Assembly: GCA_964291415.2 (NCBI GenBank)
Contig: OZ219917.1
Location: forward strand, 480,001 to 544,000
Reading direction: 5' to 3'
Source: Alphaproteobacteria bacterium
GTDB taxonomy: Bacteria; Pseudomonadota; Alphaproteobacteria; SP197
DNA: 64,000 nucleotides
In this document: piece by piece, positions 13,793 to 26,355 of the stretch
Layout: every line of letters starts with the position of its first letter
Position numbering within the stretch: the first letter of the stretch is position 1
Program-made: the position numbers and the translations under genes
The notes under the pieces: model-generated
What the model was told of the DNA's origin: nothing
The model's database searches: none
The model's input: the letters and a program-made list of their open reading frames with translations, nothing else

Positions 13793-14950
13793 ATGAGACC
13801 AGCCAACACCATCATGGCAAGCCTCGGGACCACGGTGTTCGAGGTCATGTCGCGCCTGGCGATGGAACATGGATCCATCAATCTTGGCCAGGGGTTTCCC
13901 GACGAGGACGGGCCCCGGGACATTCGCCAGGTTGCGGCCGATGCTCTCGTCGAAGGCCCCAACCAGTATCCGCCCATGACCGGTCTCGCCGAACTCCGCC
14001 AGGCCATCGCGGCCCACGCGCGGCGCTTCTACGGTCTCGACTACGACTGGCAGAGCGAGATCGTCGTCACGTCGGGGGCGACGGAGGCGCTGGCCGACTG
14101 CTTCCTTGCCCTGCTCAATCCGGGCGACGAGGTGGTGCTGCTTGAACCTCTCTACGATTCCTATCCGCCGATGATCGAGCGCGCCGGCGCCATCCCCCGG
14201 TATGTCACCCTTGAACCACCGGAGTGGGAACTCGATCCCCGTGCCCTCGAGGCGGCGTTCACGCCGCGAGCACGCATGATCCTTCTCAACTCGCCGATGA
14301 ATCCCGCCGCCCGTGTGCTGACCATGGCCGAACTCGACCTCATCCGGCGTCTGTGCATCGAGCACGACGTCATCTGCCTGTGTGACGAGGTCTATGAACA
14401 TCTGCTCTTCGACGGTCTCGAGCACCGGCCGATCGCGTCACTTGACGGCATGCGAGAGAGAACCCTGCGGATATCGTCTGCCGGCAAGATCTTCTCGCTG
14501 ACAGGCTGGAAGGTGGGGTGGATCGAGGGACCGGCCGAACTCATGGCCGCCGTCATGAAGGCCCACCAGTTTGTCACCTTCACCACGGCTCCCAACCTGC
14601 AGAAGGCCGTGGCCTACGGGCTGGGGAAGGAGACGGCCTACTACACCGATCTCGCGGCCACTCTCCAGAGCAAGCGCGACCGCCTGGCTGGCGGTCTTGT
14701 CAAGGCCGGGTTCCCGGTCCTGCCCTGCCAGGGCACCTATTTCATCAATGCCGACATCACACCCTTCGGCATCGCCGGCGGCGACGAGGCGTTCTGCCGT
14801 CTCATCACCGAGAAGGCAGGTGTCACCGCCGTTCCGGTCAGCGCCTTCATGCGCAAGGGCAGCATCGACACCCTCATCCGCTTCTGCTTCTGCAAGCAGG
14901 ACGACATCCTCGACGCCGCGGCAGACAGGCTGCAGCGCTTCCTTGCCTGA
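13793..14950 (+). CDS. class I PLP aminotransferase (YbdL/DapC-like)
   Basis: INLGQGFPD, VTSGATEAL, DEVYEHL, SAGKIFSLTGWKVG. Confidence 0.9.
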   Translation: MRPANTIMASLGTTVFEVMSRLAMEHGSINLGQGFPDEDGPRDIRQVAADALVEGPNQYPPMTGLAELRQAIAAHARRFYGLDYDWQSEIVVTSGATEALADCFLALLNPGDEVVLLEPLYDSYPPMIERAGAIPRYVTLEPPEWELDPRALEAAFTPRARMILLNSPMNPAARVLTMAELDLIRRLCIEHDVICLCDEVYEHLLFDGLEHRPIASLDGMRERTLRISSAGKIFSLTGWKVGWIEGPAELMAAVMKAHQFVTFTTAPNLQKAVAYGLGKETAYYTDLAATLQSKRDRLAGGLVKAGFPVLPCQGTYFINADITPFGIAGGDEAFCRLITEKAGVTAVPVSAFMRKGSIDTLIRFCFCKQDDILDAAADRLQRFLA

Positions 14951-15157
14951 ACCGGCCCGGCCGCCGCCTCAACGTCGACAGGCACGTAGCGTTGCCTTCG
15001 GCAACTCCCGGCCACAACATCCGCAAGACCGTCGAGGGGCGGTTCCAGCACGTCGATGAACTGTCGGGCCATTCGGCGCCGCCCCCGTTCACGGCGCCGT
15101 TTCGCAGACCGCACGGACAGGCAGGCCGGTCCGACCGCGCGGAGACTGCCGCAGGCG

Positions 15158-16321
15158 TCAGCTGAGATAGTCGCTCATGCGGCGGGCCGATTCGCGGATG
15201 TTCTCCATGGACGCGGCGTAGGAGAGGCGCAGGAATCCTTCGCCCATGGCGCCGAAACTGGTGCCGTGGACCGCGGCCACGCCGCACTCCTCGAGCAGGG
15301 CCTGTCCGAGCTCCCAGGAATTGCGCCCCGTTCCGGCGATGTTGGGGAAGGCATAGAACGCTCCACCGGGCATGACGCAGTGAAATCCCGGGATGGCGTT
15401 CAGCAGATCGACGATCACGCCGCGACGCTCTTCGAAGGCCTGGCGCATGGTCTCGACACTGTCCTGCGGGCCGGTGAGGGCGGCAATGCAGGCCATCTGC
15501 GTTGCCGCATTGGTGCAGGAGTTGGCGTTGACGATCATCTTGTCGATGTAGTCCACGAGGCTCTTCGGCCACACGCCGTAGCCGGCCCGCCAGCCGGTCA
15601 TGGCGTAGGTCTTGGACCAGCCGTCGAGCAGGATGAGGCGGTCGCGGATCGACTCATATCCAAGCAGGCTCCGGTGGGCCTTGTTGTCGAAGACAAGACG
15701 GCAATAGATCTCGTCCGACAGCACGGCCACCTCGGGGAAGTCCTCGAGACCGGCAACGAGGCGGTCGAGTTCATCGTCGTCGATGACGCCGCCGGTTGGA
15801 TTGCCCGGGCTGTTGATGATGACCAGCCGCGTGCGATCCGACAGCTTCGACAGCACTTCGTCGGCGCTGAAGGAAAACAGCCTGTCCTCATGAAGCTCGA
15901 TTGCAACGGGCGTGGCGCCCGTATAGCGGATCATGGATTCGTAGATCGGAAAACCCGGATTGGGGTAGAGAATCTCGTGGCCCGGCTGACCGAACATGAG
16001 GATGGCGAAGAACATCGTCATCTTGCCTCCCGGAACCACCATGACCTGTTCCGGAGACACCTCGACGCCACGATGTTTCAGGATGTCGGCCGCCACCGCT
16101 TCGCGCAGGGGCATCATGCCCGGAGCCGGGGTATACCCGTGATGGCCGTCGCGCAGGGCCTTGACCGCCGCCTCGACGATATGATCCGGCGTGCGGAAGT
16201 CCGGCTGGCCGATTCCCAGATTGATGATGTCGCGCCCTTCGGCGGCAAGCTGGTTGGCGCGGGCGAGAACGGCGAACGCGGTCTCAGAGCCCATGTTCTG
16301 GAGATTGTCGGCAGGAATCAT
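15158..16321 (-). CDS. class I PLP aminotransferase (aspartate aminotransferase-like)
   Basis: INLGIGQPDF, NSPGNPTGG, SDEIY, DGWSKTYAMTGWRAG, PGGAFYAF. Confidence 0.9.
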   Translation of the reverse strand: MIPADNLQNMGSETAFAVLARANQLAAEGRDIINLGIGQPDFRTPDHIVEAAVKALRDGHHGYTPAPGMMPLREAVAADILKHRGVEVSPEQVMVVPGGKMTMFFAILMFGQPGHEILYPNPGFPIYESMIRYTGATPVAIELHEDRLFSFSADEVLSKLSDRTRLVIINSPGNPTGGVIDDDELDRLVAGLEDFPEVAVLSDEIYCRLVFDNKAHRSLLGYESIRDRLILLDGWSKTYAMTGWRAGYGVWPKSLVDYIDKMIVNANSCTNAATQMACIAALTGPQDSVETMRQAFEERRGVIVDLLNAIPGFHCVMPGGAFYAFPNIAGTGRNSWELGQALLEECGVAAVHGTSFGAMGEGFLRLSYAASMENIRESARRMSDYLS

Positions 16322-16386
16322 GTCGGGTCCGGCGTGTCGGGTTGACCAGGAGACGGCTGGCGTCGTAGAGAACGGCAGGTCGCTGT

Positions 16387-16463
16387 GGTGGCTATAGCTC
16401 AGTTGGTCAGAGCGCCTGGTTGTGGTCCAGGAGGCCGTCGGTTCGAATCCGACTAGCCACCCC
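16387..16463 (+). tRNA. tRNA-His(GTG)
   Basis: Cloverleaf with acceptor (G)GTGGCTA/TAGCCAC(C), anticodon arm CCTGG-TTGTGGT-CCAGG and T-loop TTCGAAT. G-1 and C73 are present; CCA is not encoded. Confidence 0.95.
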
Positions 16464-16543
16464 GAACCATGCACCGAATGCCGGTCGGCATTTGCGTGAT
16501 TGCGACATTCCCTTTCCGGAACACGACATCGAATCGGTCGACG

Positions 16544-17467
16544 TCACGACGCTCCGACGGTCGCCGGCTCGGCGTCGCCGAGTTCCGGAATGGGCCCCGG
16601 GTAGTAGGGAAGACGGTCGCGCCGTGGCGTCCAGGAGCCGCTTTCCTCGAGGTGCCGGACATGGGAGGCGATGTCCTCGAGGGTGGCGAACCAGACATCG
16701 CCCTTCTCATGCATATGGCGGATGAGATTCCTCATCTCCCTGGCCCGGGCAAGGCGTCCGCTGAGGAAGGGATGCCACACCGAAACCCACAGGCCGCCGT
16801 ACTCCCAGGCGGCATCGAACTCCTCGCGGAAGACCCTGTGCGCCTCTGCCGCCGACTTGATTGGCATCAGGGTTCCGAACTCCCGGGAGAACTGGAAGTG
16901 GGGCCAGTCGTCGAGGCCGTAGTGGCTCGGCAGTTCGACAACCGATCCACGGTCATTCTCCAGGACATAGGGCACATCGTCACCGAAGAGCGAGGCGTCG
17001 TAGTGGATGCCCGCATCGACGAGGATGTCGAGGGTGTTTCGCGAGAAACGGTAGGCGGCGGCGCGGTAGCCGGCCGGCCGCTGGCCCGTTGCCTGGACGA
17101 TGGCATTGACGCTGCGCTCGAACCAGGAGCGCTCTTCGGCCGCCGACATCTCGTTGGCATGTTCATGGAGGTAGTGGTGGTGGCCGATCTCGTGGCCCCC
17201 CTCGAGGATCCTGTCCACCGCCGCCGGATACCGCTCGATGCACCATGCCGGAAGGAAGAATGTCTGGCGCATGGAGAATTCCGCGTAGAGGTCGACGAGC
17301 CGCGGCACGGCGACCTCGGGTCCGTAGCGCAGGGCAGACAGTGCGGCCACCCTGGTGTCGGCCGTGCGGTGGAAATCGAGATGAAGGATGGAATCGGCAT
17401 CCATGTCGAACGTGAAGGCGACGGCGCAGCGGGCGCCACCGGGCCATGGCGGAGGATTGGCGATCAT
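16544..17467 (-). CDS. polysaccharide deacetylase family (PuuE/PgdA-like)
   Basis: CAVAFTFDMD, TFFLPAW, GHEIGHHHYLHE, YDASLFGDDVPY, WHPFLSGR. Confidence 0.88.
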   Translation of the reverse strand: MIANPPPWPGGARCAVAFTFDMDADSILHLDFHRTADTRVAALSALRYGPEVAVPRLVDLYAEFSMRQTFFLPAWCIERYPAAVDRILEGGHEIGHHHYLHEHANEMSAAEERSWFERSVNAIVQATGQRPAGYRAAAYRFSRNTLDILVDAGIHYDASLFGDDVPYVLENDRGSVVELPSHYGLDDWPHFQFSREFGTLMPIKSAAEAHRVFREEFDAAWEYGGLWVSVWHPFLSGRLARAREMRNLIRHMHEKGDVWFATLEDIASHVRHLEESGSWTPRRDRLPYYPGPIPELGDAEPATVGAS

Positions 17468-18270
17468 GCCTGCGGCTCCTCGTCGGCCTTGTCGTGATGG
17501 AGTTCGGCAAAGAACAGGTTCAGCGCTGTCACGACGAAGCACATCATCACGATGTTGACGATCATGTTCACATAGTTCACGACCAGCCCGACCAAGCCAC
17601 CGAAACCACGCTCGACAAACATGCCGCTCAGGTGGATCAGGACGATGCTGACGACCACCAACGGCAGGCACACAAGGATCAGCGTTGCCGATATCTGGGC
17701 TCCGTGGCCCCGGGTGACCTGCCAGCTGCGAATGAGGTCCGCCCCCTGGCCCAGGGCAATGGACGGAAGAACGAGGGACGACCGGGCGACGATGAGAATG
17801 GCTGGCACCATGCCGATCAGAAAGGCGAAGATCTGCCCCAGCGGACCGGAGACGCCGAAAGTGGCAGCCAGAAGAGCGGCCACCATGCCGGTCACCACGT
17901 AGAGGCCCATGAACACGATGATGGCGAGGAAGACGGCAATGATGCCGTAGAGAAACTCGCGGAACCCGAATCGGATGTAGATGCGCATCCTCGAGGGGTC
18001 GAACCCGGCCAGCATGGTGCGGTGCCACGCCACGGCGATCATGGCCTGCACCATGAGACCGGCAATGGCGAGGACGGCAAGGCGCAGAATGCCGTCGGGC
18101 GGCATGCCGGTCTCCCCGGTGACGGGTGTGCCAGGGGTCAGGAGGTGGACCGCCACGGCAACAAGCAGGACCGGGAACCAGGACAGACGCAGAATGGAAT
18201 CGATGCCTGCCCAGGTCTTCCTGAAGGCACCAAACGCAAAATGCAGAGGGTGAATCCTGATGTCCCTCAT
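17464..18270 (-). CDS. hypothetical integral membrane protein
   Basis: Several hydrophobic segments; AVAWHR and RSWQVTRG motifs; stop overlaps the next gene's start. Confidence 0.75.
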   Translation of the reverse strand: MRDIRIHPLHFAFGAFRKTWAGIDSILRLSWFPVLLVAVAVHLLTPGTPVTGETGMPPDGILRLAVLAIAGLMVQAMIAVAWHRTMLAGFDPSRMRIYIRFGFREFLYGIIAVFLAIIVFMGLYVVTGMVAALLAATFGVSGPLGQIFAFLIGMVPAILIVARSSLVLPSIALGQGADLIRSWQVTRGHGAQISATLILVCLPLVVVSIVLIHLSGMFVERGFGGLVGLVVNYVNMIVNIVMMCFVVTALNLFFAELHHDKADEEPQA

Positions 18271-18323
18271 AACCGGCTCCGGACGCGATTGACGCTCACC
18301 CTAACAGAACGCGCCGACACTGA

Positions 18324-20420
<2,097 letters not shown>

Positions 20421-20430
20421 CTGCAGGCCC

Positions 20431-20985
20431 ATGAGACGCCTGGCAGCGATGGGGCTTGTCCTCGCTCTCCTGGGATGCGCCGGCGACGGATCGCGGACAC
20501 TCGTGACCCATGTCAGTCAGGAGCCGCTCTTCTCGCCCGGGCTCATGCACTGGATCGCGTCGTCGCCACAGGGATTCGTCATGCGGGTGGCTGCGGCCGA
20601 CGGGGATGCCCGGTGGGCTGACGAAGCCAAGGCGGCGCTGGAGACTATCGCCTGGATGCCCTTCGACGCCCTGACCATCGATCATTCAGGTTCGCACGAT
20701 TCCGTGTTCCACCTCGCTCTCGTGGTTCACGCACTGTCCACCGTGCCGGCGGACGGCGCCTGCAGCGGTGACATGACGCCGATCTCCGGCCACGGCGATG
20801 TCGTGATCGCCCTGTGCCACGGTGGACGGGCTGTCGCCACGGCGCGGGCCACGGCTGCGGCGCCGCTCGTGCCCGGCTCTTCCTCATTCCACGAGGCTGT
20901 GAGGGCTGCCGCCATCGCCGCCTTCCCGCGTCGCGATCCGGACGAACCCGATTTCGACCCCGTCATTCTTCTGCCCGTGGTCTGA
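20431..20985 (+). CDS. hypothetical lipoprotein
   Basis: MRRLAAMGLVLALLGC lipobox; fills the gap after parE. Confidence 0.6.
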   Translation: MRRLAAMGLVLALLGCAGDGSRTLVTHVSQEPLFSPGLMHWIASSPQGFVMRVAAADGDARWADEAKAALETIAWMPFDALTIDHSGSHDSVFHLALVVHALSTVPADGACSGDMTPISGHGDVVIALCHGGRAVATARATAAAPLVPGSSSFHEAVRAAAIAAFPRRDPDEPDFDPVILLPVV

Positions 20986-21086
20986 GGACGCTGGTTGACC
21001 TCGACCGCATCAACGGAGTATCCGCCTCGCAGCGGCCGTTGCGTTGTCTCCATCACGGCTACATTCGACCAGGAACACGGACAGGC

Positions 21087-22469
21087 ATGAAATTCGAAGA
21101 CCTGGGACTTGGTCCTGAAGTCCTGGAGGCCATCGCGAAGGCCGGTTACCACGAAGCCACGCCAATCCAGCAGCAAGCCATCCCGGTGGCGCTGCAGGGC
21201 CGCGATCTCCTCGGCTGTGCGCAGACCGGGACCGGCAAGACAGCGGCTTTCGTGCTGCCGCTGATCGACATTCTCATGGGGAGCAGGGCGCGCATGCGCA
21301 TGCCGCGGGCGCTCATCATCTCGCCGACCCGCGAGTTGGCGCAACAGACCATGGAGAACTTCCGCATCTACGCCAGCCTGACCGAACTCGAGGCGGCGCT
21401 GCTTGTCGGAGGCAACGACATGAAGGCCCAGGAACAGGCGCTGACCGGTCATGTGGATTTCCTGATCGCCACACCCGGGCGTCTGCTCGACATGATCGAG
21501 CGCGGAAAGGTTCTGATGATGGGTGTCAAACACCTCGTCATTGACGAGGCCGACAGGATGCTGGACATGGGGTTCATTCCCGATGTCGAGCGCATCTGCA
21601 CCATGTTGCCGCCGCTTCGCCACACGCTGATGTTCTCGGCCACCATGCCCGCCGAGATCCGCAAGCTGGCAGAGAAGTTTCTCCACAATCCCAGGGAAGT
21701 GGCAGTGGCGCCTCCGGACTCCCCGGCCGATACCGTGGATCAGTCCCTTGTCATCGTCGAGGATGGTCGTGAGAAGAAACGGGCCTTGCGCCGCCTGCTG
21801 GACATGCAGGAGGTGACGAGCTCCATGATCTTCGTCAACCGCAAGCGGGATGTCGATTCCCTCCATGGGTCCCTGGTTCGCCGCGGAATCGACGCCGTGC
21901 GCATGCAGGGCGACATGTCACAGCACGACCGGGAGACCGCGCTTGCCGCCTTCAAGAATGGCGAGTCCCGAACCATGGTGTGTACCGACGTGGCCGGCCG
22001 CGGCATCGACATCTTCGGTGTCAGCCATGTCATCTGCTACGACGTACCCGTCCATGCCGAGGACTATGTCCACCGCATCGGCCGAACAGGCCGCGCCGGC
22101 ATGAGGGGCTGTTCCTACATGCTGGCGACGCCTGAAGATCGCGATGCGCTCGACGCCATTGCCAGACTCATTTCCCGTCAGGTGCCGATGGTCGAGATCG
22201 AGGGCATCCGCCACGCCGACCTCACGTGCGCGCCGGACCGGCCCCAGGGCCGCCGCCGCCGAGACCGGCGGAGTTGGGAAAAGGATGATGCGACGGCGCG
22301 CCGTCGCGAGGCCGCCCGGGGCGAGGCCCAGGAGAAAGAGATGGAAGACGCCGGCGCCGTTCCCTTCGGCGAGGGGCCGTTCGTGCCGGCATTCCTGATG
22401 CGACCGGTTGCAACCGGCAACACCAGGGGAACACGGACCCGGGGAGACAGCGACCGTGCCGACAGGTGA
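21087..22469 (+). CDS. DEAD-box RNA helicase (RhlE-like)
   Basis: Q motif, AQTGTGKT, PTRELA, TPGRL, DEAD, SAT, HRIGRTGR. Confidence 0.95.
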   Translation: MKFEDLGLGPEVLEAIAKAGYHEATPIQQQAIPVALQGRDLLGCAQTGTGKTAAFVLPLIDILMGSRARMRMPRALIISPTRELAQQTMENFRIYASLTELEAALLVGGNDMKAQEQALTGHVDFLIATPGRLLDMIERGKVLMMGVKHLVIDEADRMLDMGFIPDVERICTMLPPLRHTLMFSATMPAEIRKLAEKFLHNPREVAVAPPDSPADTVDQSLVIVEDGREKKRALRRLLDMQEVTSSMIFVNRKRDVDSLHGSLVRRGIDAVRMQGDMSQHDRETALAAFKNGESRTMVCTDVAGRGIDIFGVSHVICYDVPVHAEDYVHRIGRTGRAGMRGCSYMLATPEDRDALDAIARLISRQVPMVEIEGIRHADLTCAPDRPQGRRRRDRRSWEKDDATARRREAARGEAQEKEMEDAGAVPFGEGPFVPAFLMRPVATGNTRGTRTRGDSDRADR

Positions 22470-23229
22470 TCTCATTCGCAATGCCATGAAGGAGGGCGCG
22501 AAGCAGCTCGGAGCGTGGGTGAACATGGAGAGCCCGATCGCGACCGAAATCATGGCCGGCGCCGGATTCGACTTCATCATGATTGACCAGGAACACGGTC
22601 CGGGCGACGCCCTTTCCGCCATCACGCAGCTGCAAGCCATCCGTTCGGGTGGCACAGGGACGGCCATGATGCGGGTGAGGGACAACGACACCCAGTTCAT
22701 CAAGAAGGCCCTTGATACCGGCATCGACGGCATCATGGTGCCACTCGTCGAGACCGCCGAAGCGGCATCCCAGGTGGTGGCGGCCTGCAGGTTGCCACCG
22801 CTCGGGGTGCGCGGAGTCGCTCCCGGCAACGTCCGGGCCGCGCGCTACGGCTACGACAAGGATGCCTTCATCCGCAATCGCGGTGAGGATGTCCTTGTGC
22901 TGAGCCAGGTCGAGACCGAGGAGACTGTCGGCAATCTTCCCGACATCGGCGCCATCGAGGGTATCGACGTTCTCTTCATCGGCCGCAACGACCTTTCAAG
23001 CAGTATCGACCGGCTTCATGATCAGGCCTCTCCGGAAGCCCGCGAACTGCTGGACGAGGCGGAGCGCCGCATCAGGGAATCGGGACGTCTGCTCGGCGGC
23101 ATTCCGGCGCCCTTCGACGGTCCTGTGGCCATGTTCGAGAGAGGTTACGACTTGGTGCTCGCAGTCGCCGATCATGCGTTGCTGCGGGATGCTGCTGTCG
23201 CTGCGGTGGCGTCGTTCAGGCCTGCCTGA
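22456..23229 (+). CDS. HpcH/HpaI class II aldolase
   Basis: GFDFIMIDQEHG, KKALDTG, PPLGVRG, QVET, LFIGRNDLS; GTG start assumed. Confidence 0.88.
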   Translation: MPTGDLIRNAMKEGAKQLGAWVNMESPIATEIMAGAGFDFIMIDQEHGPGDALSAITQLQAIRSGGTGTAMMRVRDNDTQFIKKALDTGIDGIMVPLVETAEAASQVVAACRLPPLGVRGVAPGNVRAARYGYDKDAFIRNRGEDVLVLSQVETEETVGNLPDIGAIEGIDVLFIGRNDLSSSIDRLHDQASPEARELLDEAERRIRESGRLLGGIPAPFDGPVAMFERGYDLVLAVADHALLRDAAVAAVASFRPA

Positions 23230-23900
23230 TGGTGGTCCCGTTCGGACCCCTTCTCGAGCGGGCGACGAATCGCTCTGGTGGACACCGGAATCTCCAGGCC
23301 CGGCTCCCCCAGCCGAAGTCGGAGGCGGACCTTGCCGCCACTGGCGACGATCGTTACCTCTCGATGATGTCGCTGCGCATCTTTCGCGCCGGTCTCAAGC
23401 ATGCTCTCGTCGATTCGAAGTGGCCGGCCTTCGAAGATGCCTTCCACGGTTTCACGCCGAAGAGGGTGGCCATGATGAGCGACGAGGACCTTGACGAGAT
23501 GATGGCGAACAGGGCGCTCATCCGCCACTGGACCAAGATTTCGGCGGTTCGCAGCAACGCCACGTCCATGGTTGCCAAGTCCGCGGAGCACGGCGGATTC
23601 GGGTCGTGGATCGCCGGTTGGCCAGGCAGCGACATCGTCGGGTTGTGGATGGCGCTGGCAAAGGAATTCAGGCAGCTCGGCGGCAATTCGGGTCCTTCCT
23701 TTCTGAGAATGGCGGGAAAGGACACCTTCGTGCTGACCGGCGATGTGGTCGGGGCGCTGATCGACAACGGCATCGTCGCCCGCCCGCCCACGGGCAAGGC
23801 CGCGAAGCGCCAGGTCGCGGCCGCCTTCAATGCGTGGGCCGAGGAGACCGGCTTGCCGTTGTGTCATCTTTCCATGATCCTGGCTCTCTCCCGAGAGTGA
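23229..23900 (+). CDS. DNA-3-methyladenine glycosylase I (Tag)-like protein
   Basis: DDRYLSMMSLRIFRAG, KWPAFEDAFHGF, LIRHWTKI, LGGNSGPSFLR. Confidence 0.75.
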   Translation: MVVPFGPLLERATNRSGGHRNLQARLPQPKSEADLAATGDDRYLSMMSLRIFRAGLKHALVDSKWPAFEDAFHGFTPKRVAMMSDEDLDEMMANRALIRHWTKISAVRSNATSMVAKSAEHGGFGSWIAGWPGSDIVGLWMALAKEFRQLGGNSGPSFLRMAGKDTFVLTGDVVGALIDNGIVARPPTGKAAKRQVAAAFNAWAEETGLPLCHLSMILALSRE

Positions 23901-23914
23901 TCCGGCCCCCATCG

Positions 23915-26344
23915 ATGGCTGCCGCCATCCCCGAGACCGCACGCATCGTCATTGTCGGCGGCGGCATCATGGGAACCGGTCTTGCCCACGGGCTGGTCGC
24001 CGAGGGTTGCCGGGACGTGGTTCTCCTGGAGAAGGCCGAACTCACATCGGGCTCGACGTGGCACGCGGCCGGACAGATCACGCACTCGACATCAAGCCTC
24101 ACGCTGGGAAAGTGCGTCGACTACAACATCCGCCTCTATTCGGGCGGCCTCGAACAGGAGTCGGGACAGCCGGTGACCTGGCACGGATGCGGTTCGCTGC
24201 GCCTCGCCTACAGGGAAGACGAGATGGACTGGCTGCGCCACACCCTTGGGGTGGGCACGTCCCTGGGATTCGCCATGGAACTTGTCGGTCCGGAACGCAT
24301 TCGTGCCCTTCATCCCTTCTACAATCTCGACGGGGTGCGGGGTGCTCTCCATACCCCGGACGACGGCCACGTCGACCCCTCCGGTGTCGTCCAGGCCTTT
24401 GCCACGGTGGTGCGCCGTGAAGGCGTGAAGATTGTGCGCCGCTGCCGTGTGACCGGCATCGCCCGAACCTCGCAGGACGAATGGAAGGTGACGACGGACA
24501 GGGGTGTCATCACGTGCGAGCACGTGGTCAATGCCGCCGGCGCTCATGCGAGGCAGATCGGCGCCTGGAACGGGATCGACATTCCGGCCACCTCGATGAC
24601 CCACCACTACCTCGTCACCGATACCGTTCCCCAGTTTCTCGATCTCGATCGGGAACTTCCCGTGGTGCGTGACGACCACCTGGTCTCCGGTTACGTCAGG
24701 ATGGAGCAGAAATCGGGGCTCATCGGAATCTACGAGAAGCGCAACCCCAACGCGGTGTGGGTCGAGCACTGCCCCTGGGAGGCGGAAAACGAACTCTTCG
24801 AACCCGACTTCGAACGCATCATGCCGTGGTTGCAGAACGCCATGGAGCGGATGCCGGTCCTGAGCGAGGTCGGCATTCGCCGCACCGTGCACGGGGCCAT
24901 TTCCCATCCCCCCGACGGCAATCCGCTGATCGGTCCGGTCCCCGGCGTGAGAAACTACTGGTGCTGCTGTGGCACACAGATCGGCATCGGGTGGGGCCCC
25001 GGCCTTGCCAGGGAGCTGGCGCGATGGATCGTCCATGGCACCGCGGATCTCTCCATGAACGCCTTCGATCCGCGACGCTACGGATCGTGGGCGACGAGAG
25101 ATTGGCAGGTGATCAAGGCCAGGGAAGACTACTGCCTGCGCCACGAAGTTCCCTTTCCCGACCTCAACAGATACGCCGGACGCCCGGTCAGGCCCTCGCC
25201 GGTCCACGACCGGAATGCCGATGCCGGAGCCGTCTTCGAGGATGTCTGCGGTCACGAAAGGCCACGCTGGTTTGCTGCCGCAGGCGCGGCCGCGGAAGAA
25301 CAGCATTCCTTTCGTCGCACCATCGTTGACGACTTCGTGGCTGGAGAGGTGCGGACGGTCACCTCCCGGGCGGGGCTCATGGACATCACCGCCTTCACAA
25401 GGATCGAGGTGGCGGGTCGCCAGGCGCCTCGCCTGCTCGACGGGCTGGTTGCCAACCGCCTGCCAGGCAGGGACGGCGGCACCGTCCTTGCCCACATGCT
25501 GAATGCGGCCGGTCGCATCGAGATTGAACTCGTCATCGTCAGGATGACGGCGGAGCGCTTCCTGCTCATTGCATCGGCAGCTCTCGAACAGCGCCTGCTT
25601 GACCACCTGCCAGCCGGCCAGGGCATCACGGTCACCAACCGATCGGCTGCATGGGCGGGACTCTCCCTCCAGGGGCCACGGTCGCGCGACATCCTGGCCG
25701 CGGTCACCGACAGTGCGCTCGACAACGCCTCCTTTCCCTGGATGACGGCGCAACGCATAGCCATCGCCAGCCACCCGGTATGGGCCTTGCGCCTTTCCTA
25801 TGTCGGGGAACTGGGCTGGGAGCTCCACTGTCACCGCAACGCCCTGCCAGAGGTGCACGACGCACTCGTCGATGCCGGGGCGCCACACGGCATGGGACGC
25901 TACGGATCCTTTGCCATGAATGCGATGCGCCTGGAGAAGGCCTTTCGGGGAGGGGCTGAACTCACCAACGAGGTCACCATGCCGGAAGCCGGCATGATGC
26001 GTTTCGTCAAGCTCGACAAGGGCGCCTTTGTTGGTCGCCAGGCGACCTTCGAGTGTCTCTCCGGGCCCCTGAAGTGGGCCTGTGCCTATCTCGAGGTGGA
26101 AGACGGCGATGACTGCGACGGCCACGCCGGCGAGGCGGTCCTTATGGAGGGGAGGCGTGTAGGCGCCGTCAGTTCAATCGCCCGGGGGAACCGGACGGGA
26201 AGAATTCTGGGCTTTGCCTGGGTGACGCCGGAGGCTGCCCGGCCGGACACGTCGCTTGACGTCATGGTCCTCGGCAGGCCGCGGCCCGCGCGGGTTCTTG
26301 GCGAGGCAGCCTGGGATCCCCGGAACCTGCGTCCCCGGTCGTGA
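23915..26344 (+). CDS. GcvT-family FAD oxidoreductase (dimethylglycine/sarcosine dehydrogenase-like)
   Basis: IVIVGGGIMG, ELTSGSTWHAAG, DGHVDP, PDGNPLIG; C-terminal folate domain SYVGELGWELH, RLEKAF. Confidence 0.9.
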   Translation: MAAAIPETARIVIVGGGIMGTGLAHGLVAEGCRDVVLLEKAELTSGSTWHAAGQITHSTSSLTLGKCVDYNIRLYSGGLEQESGQPVTWHGCGSLRLAYREDEMDWLRHTLGVGTSLGFAMELVGPERIRALHPFYNLDGVRGALHTPDDGHVDPSGVVQAFATVVRREGVKIVRRCRVTGIARTSQDEWKVTTDRGVITCEHVVNAAGAHARQIGAWNGIDIPATSMTHHYLVTDTVPQFLDLDRELPVVRDDHLVSGYVRMEQKSGLIGIYEKRNPNAVWVEHCPWEAENELFEPDFERIMPWLQNAMERMPVLSEVGIRRTVHGAISHPPDGNPLIGPVPGVRNYWCCCGTQIGIGWGPGLARELARWIVHGTADLSMNAFDPRRYGSWATRDWQVIKAREDYCLRHEVPFPDLNRYAGRPVRPSPVHDRNADAGAVFEDVCGHERPRWFAAAGAAAEEQHSFRRTIVDDFVAGEVRTVTSRAGLMDITAFTRIEVAGRQAPRLLDGLVANRLPGRDGGTVLAHMLNAAGRIEIELVIVRMTAERFLLIASAALEQRLLDHLPAGQGITVTNRSAAWAGLSLQGPRSRDILAAVTDSALDNASFPWMTAQRIAIASHPVWALRLSYVGELGWELHCHRNALPEVHDALVDAGAPHGMGRYGSFAMNAMRLEKAFRGGAELTNEVTMPEAGMMRFVKLDKGAFVGRQATFECLSGPLKWACAYLEVEDGDDCDGHAGEAVLMEGRRVGAVSSIARGNRTGRILGFAWVTPEAARPDTSLDVMVLGRPRPARVLGEAAWDPRNLRPRS

Positions 26345-26355
26345 CGACGGGATTG

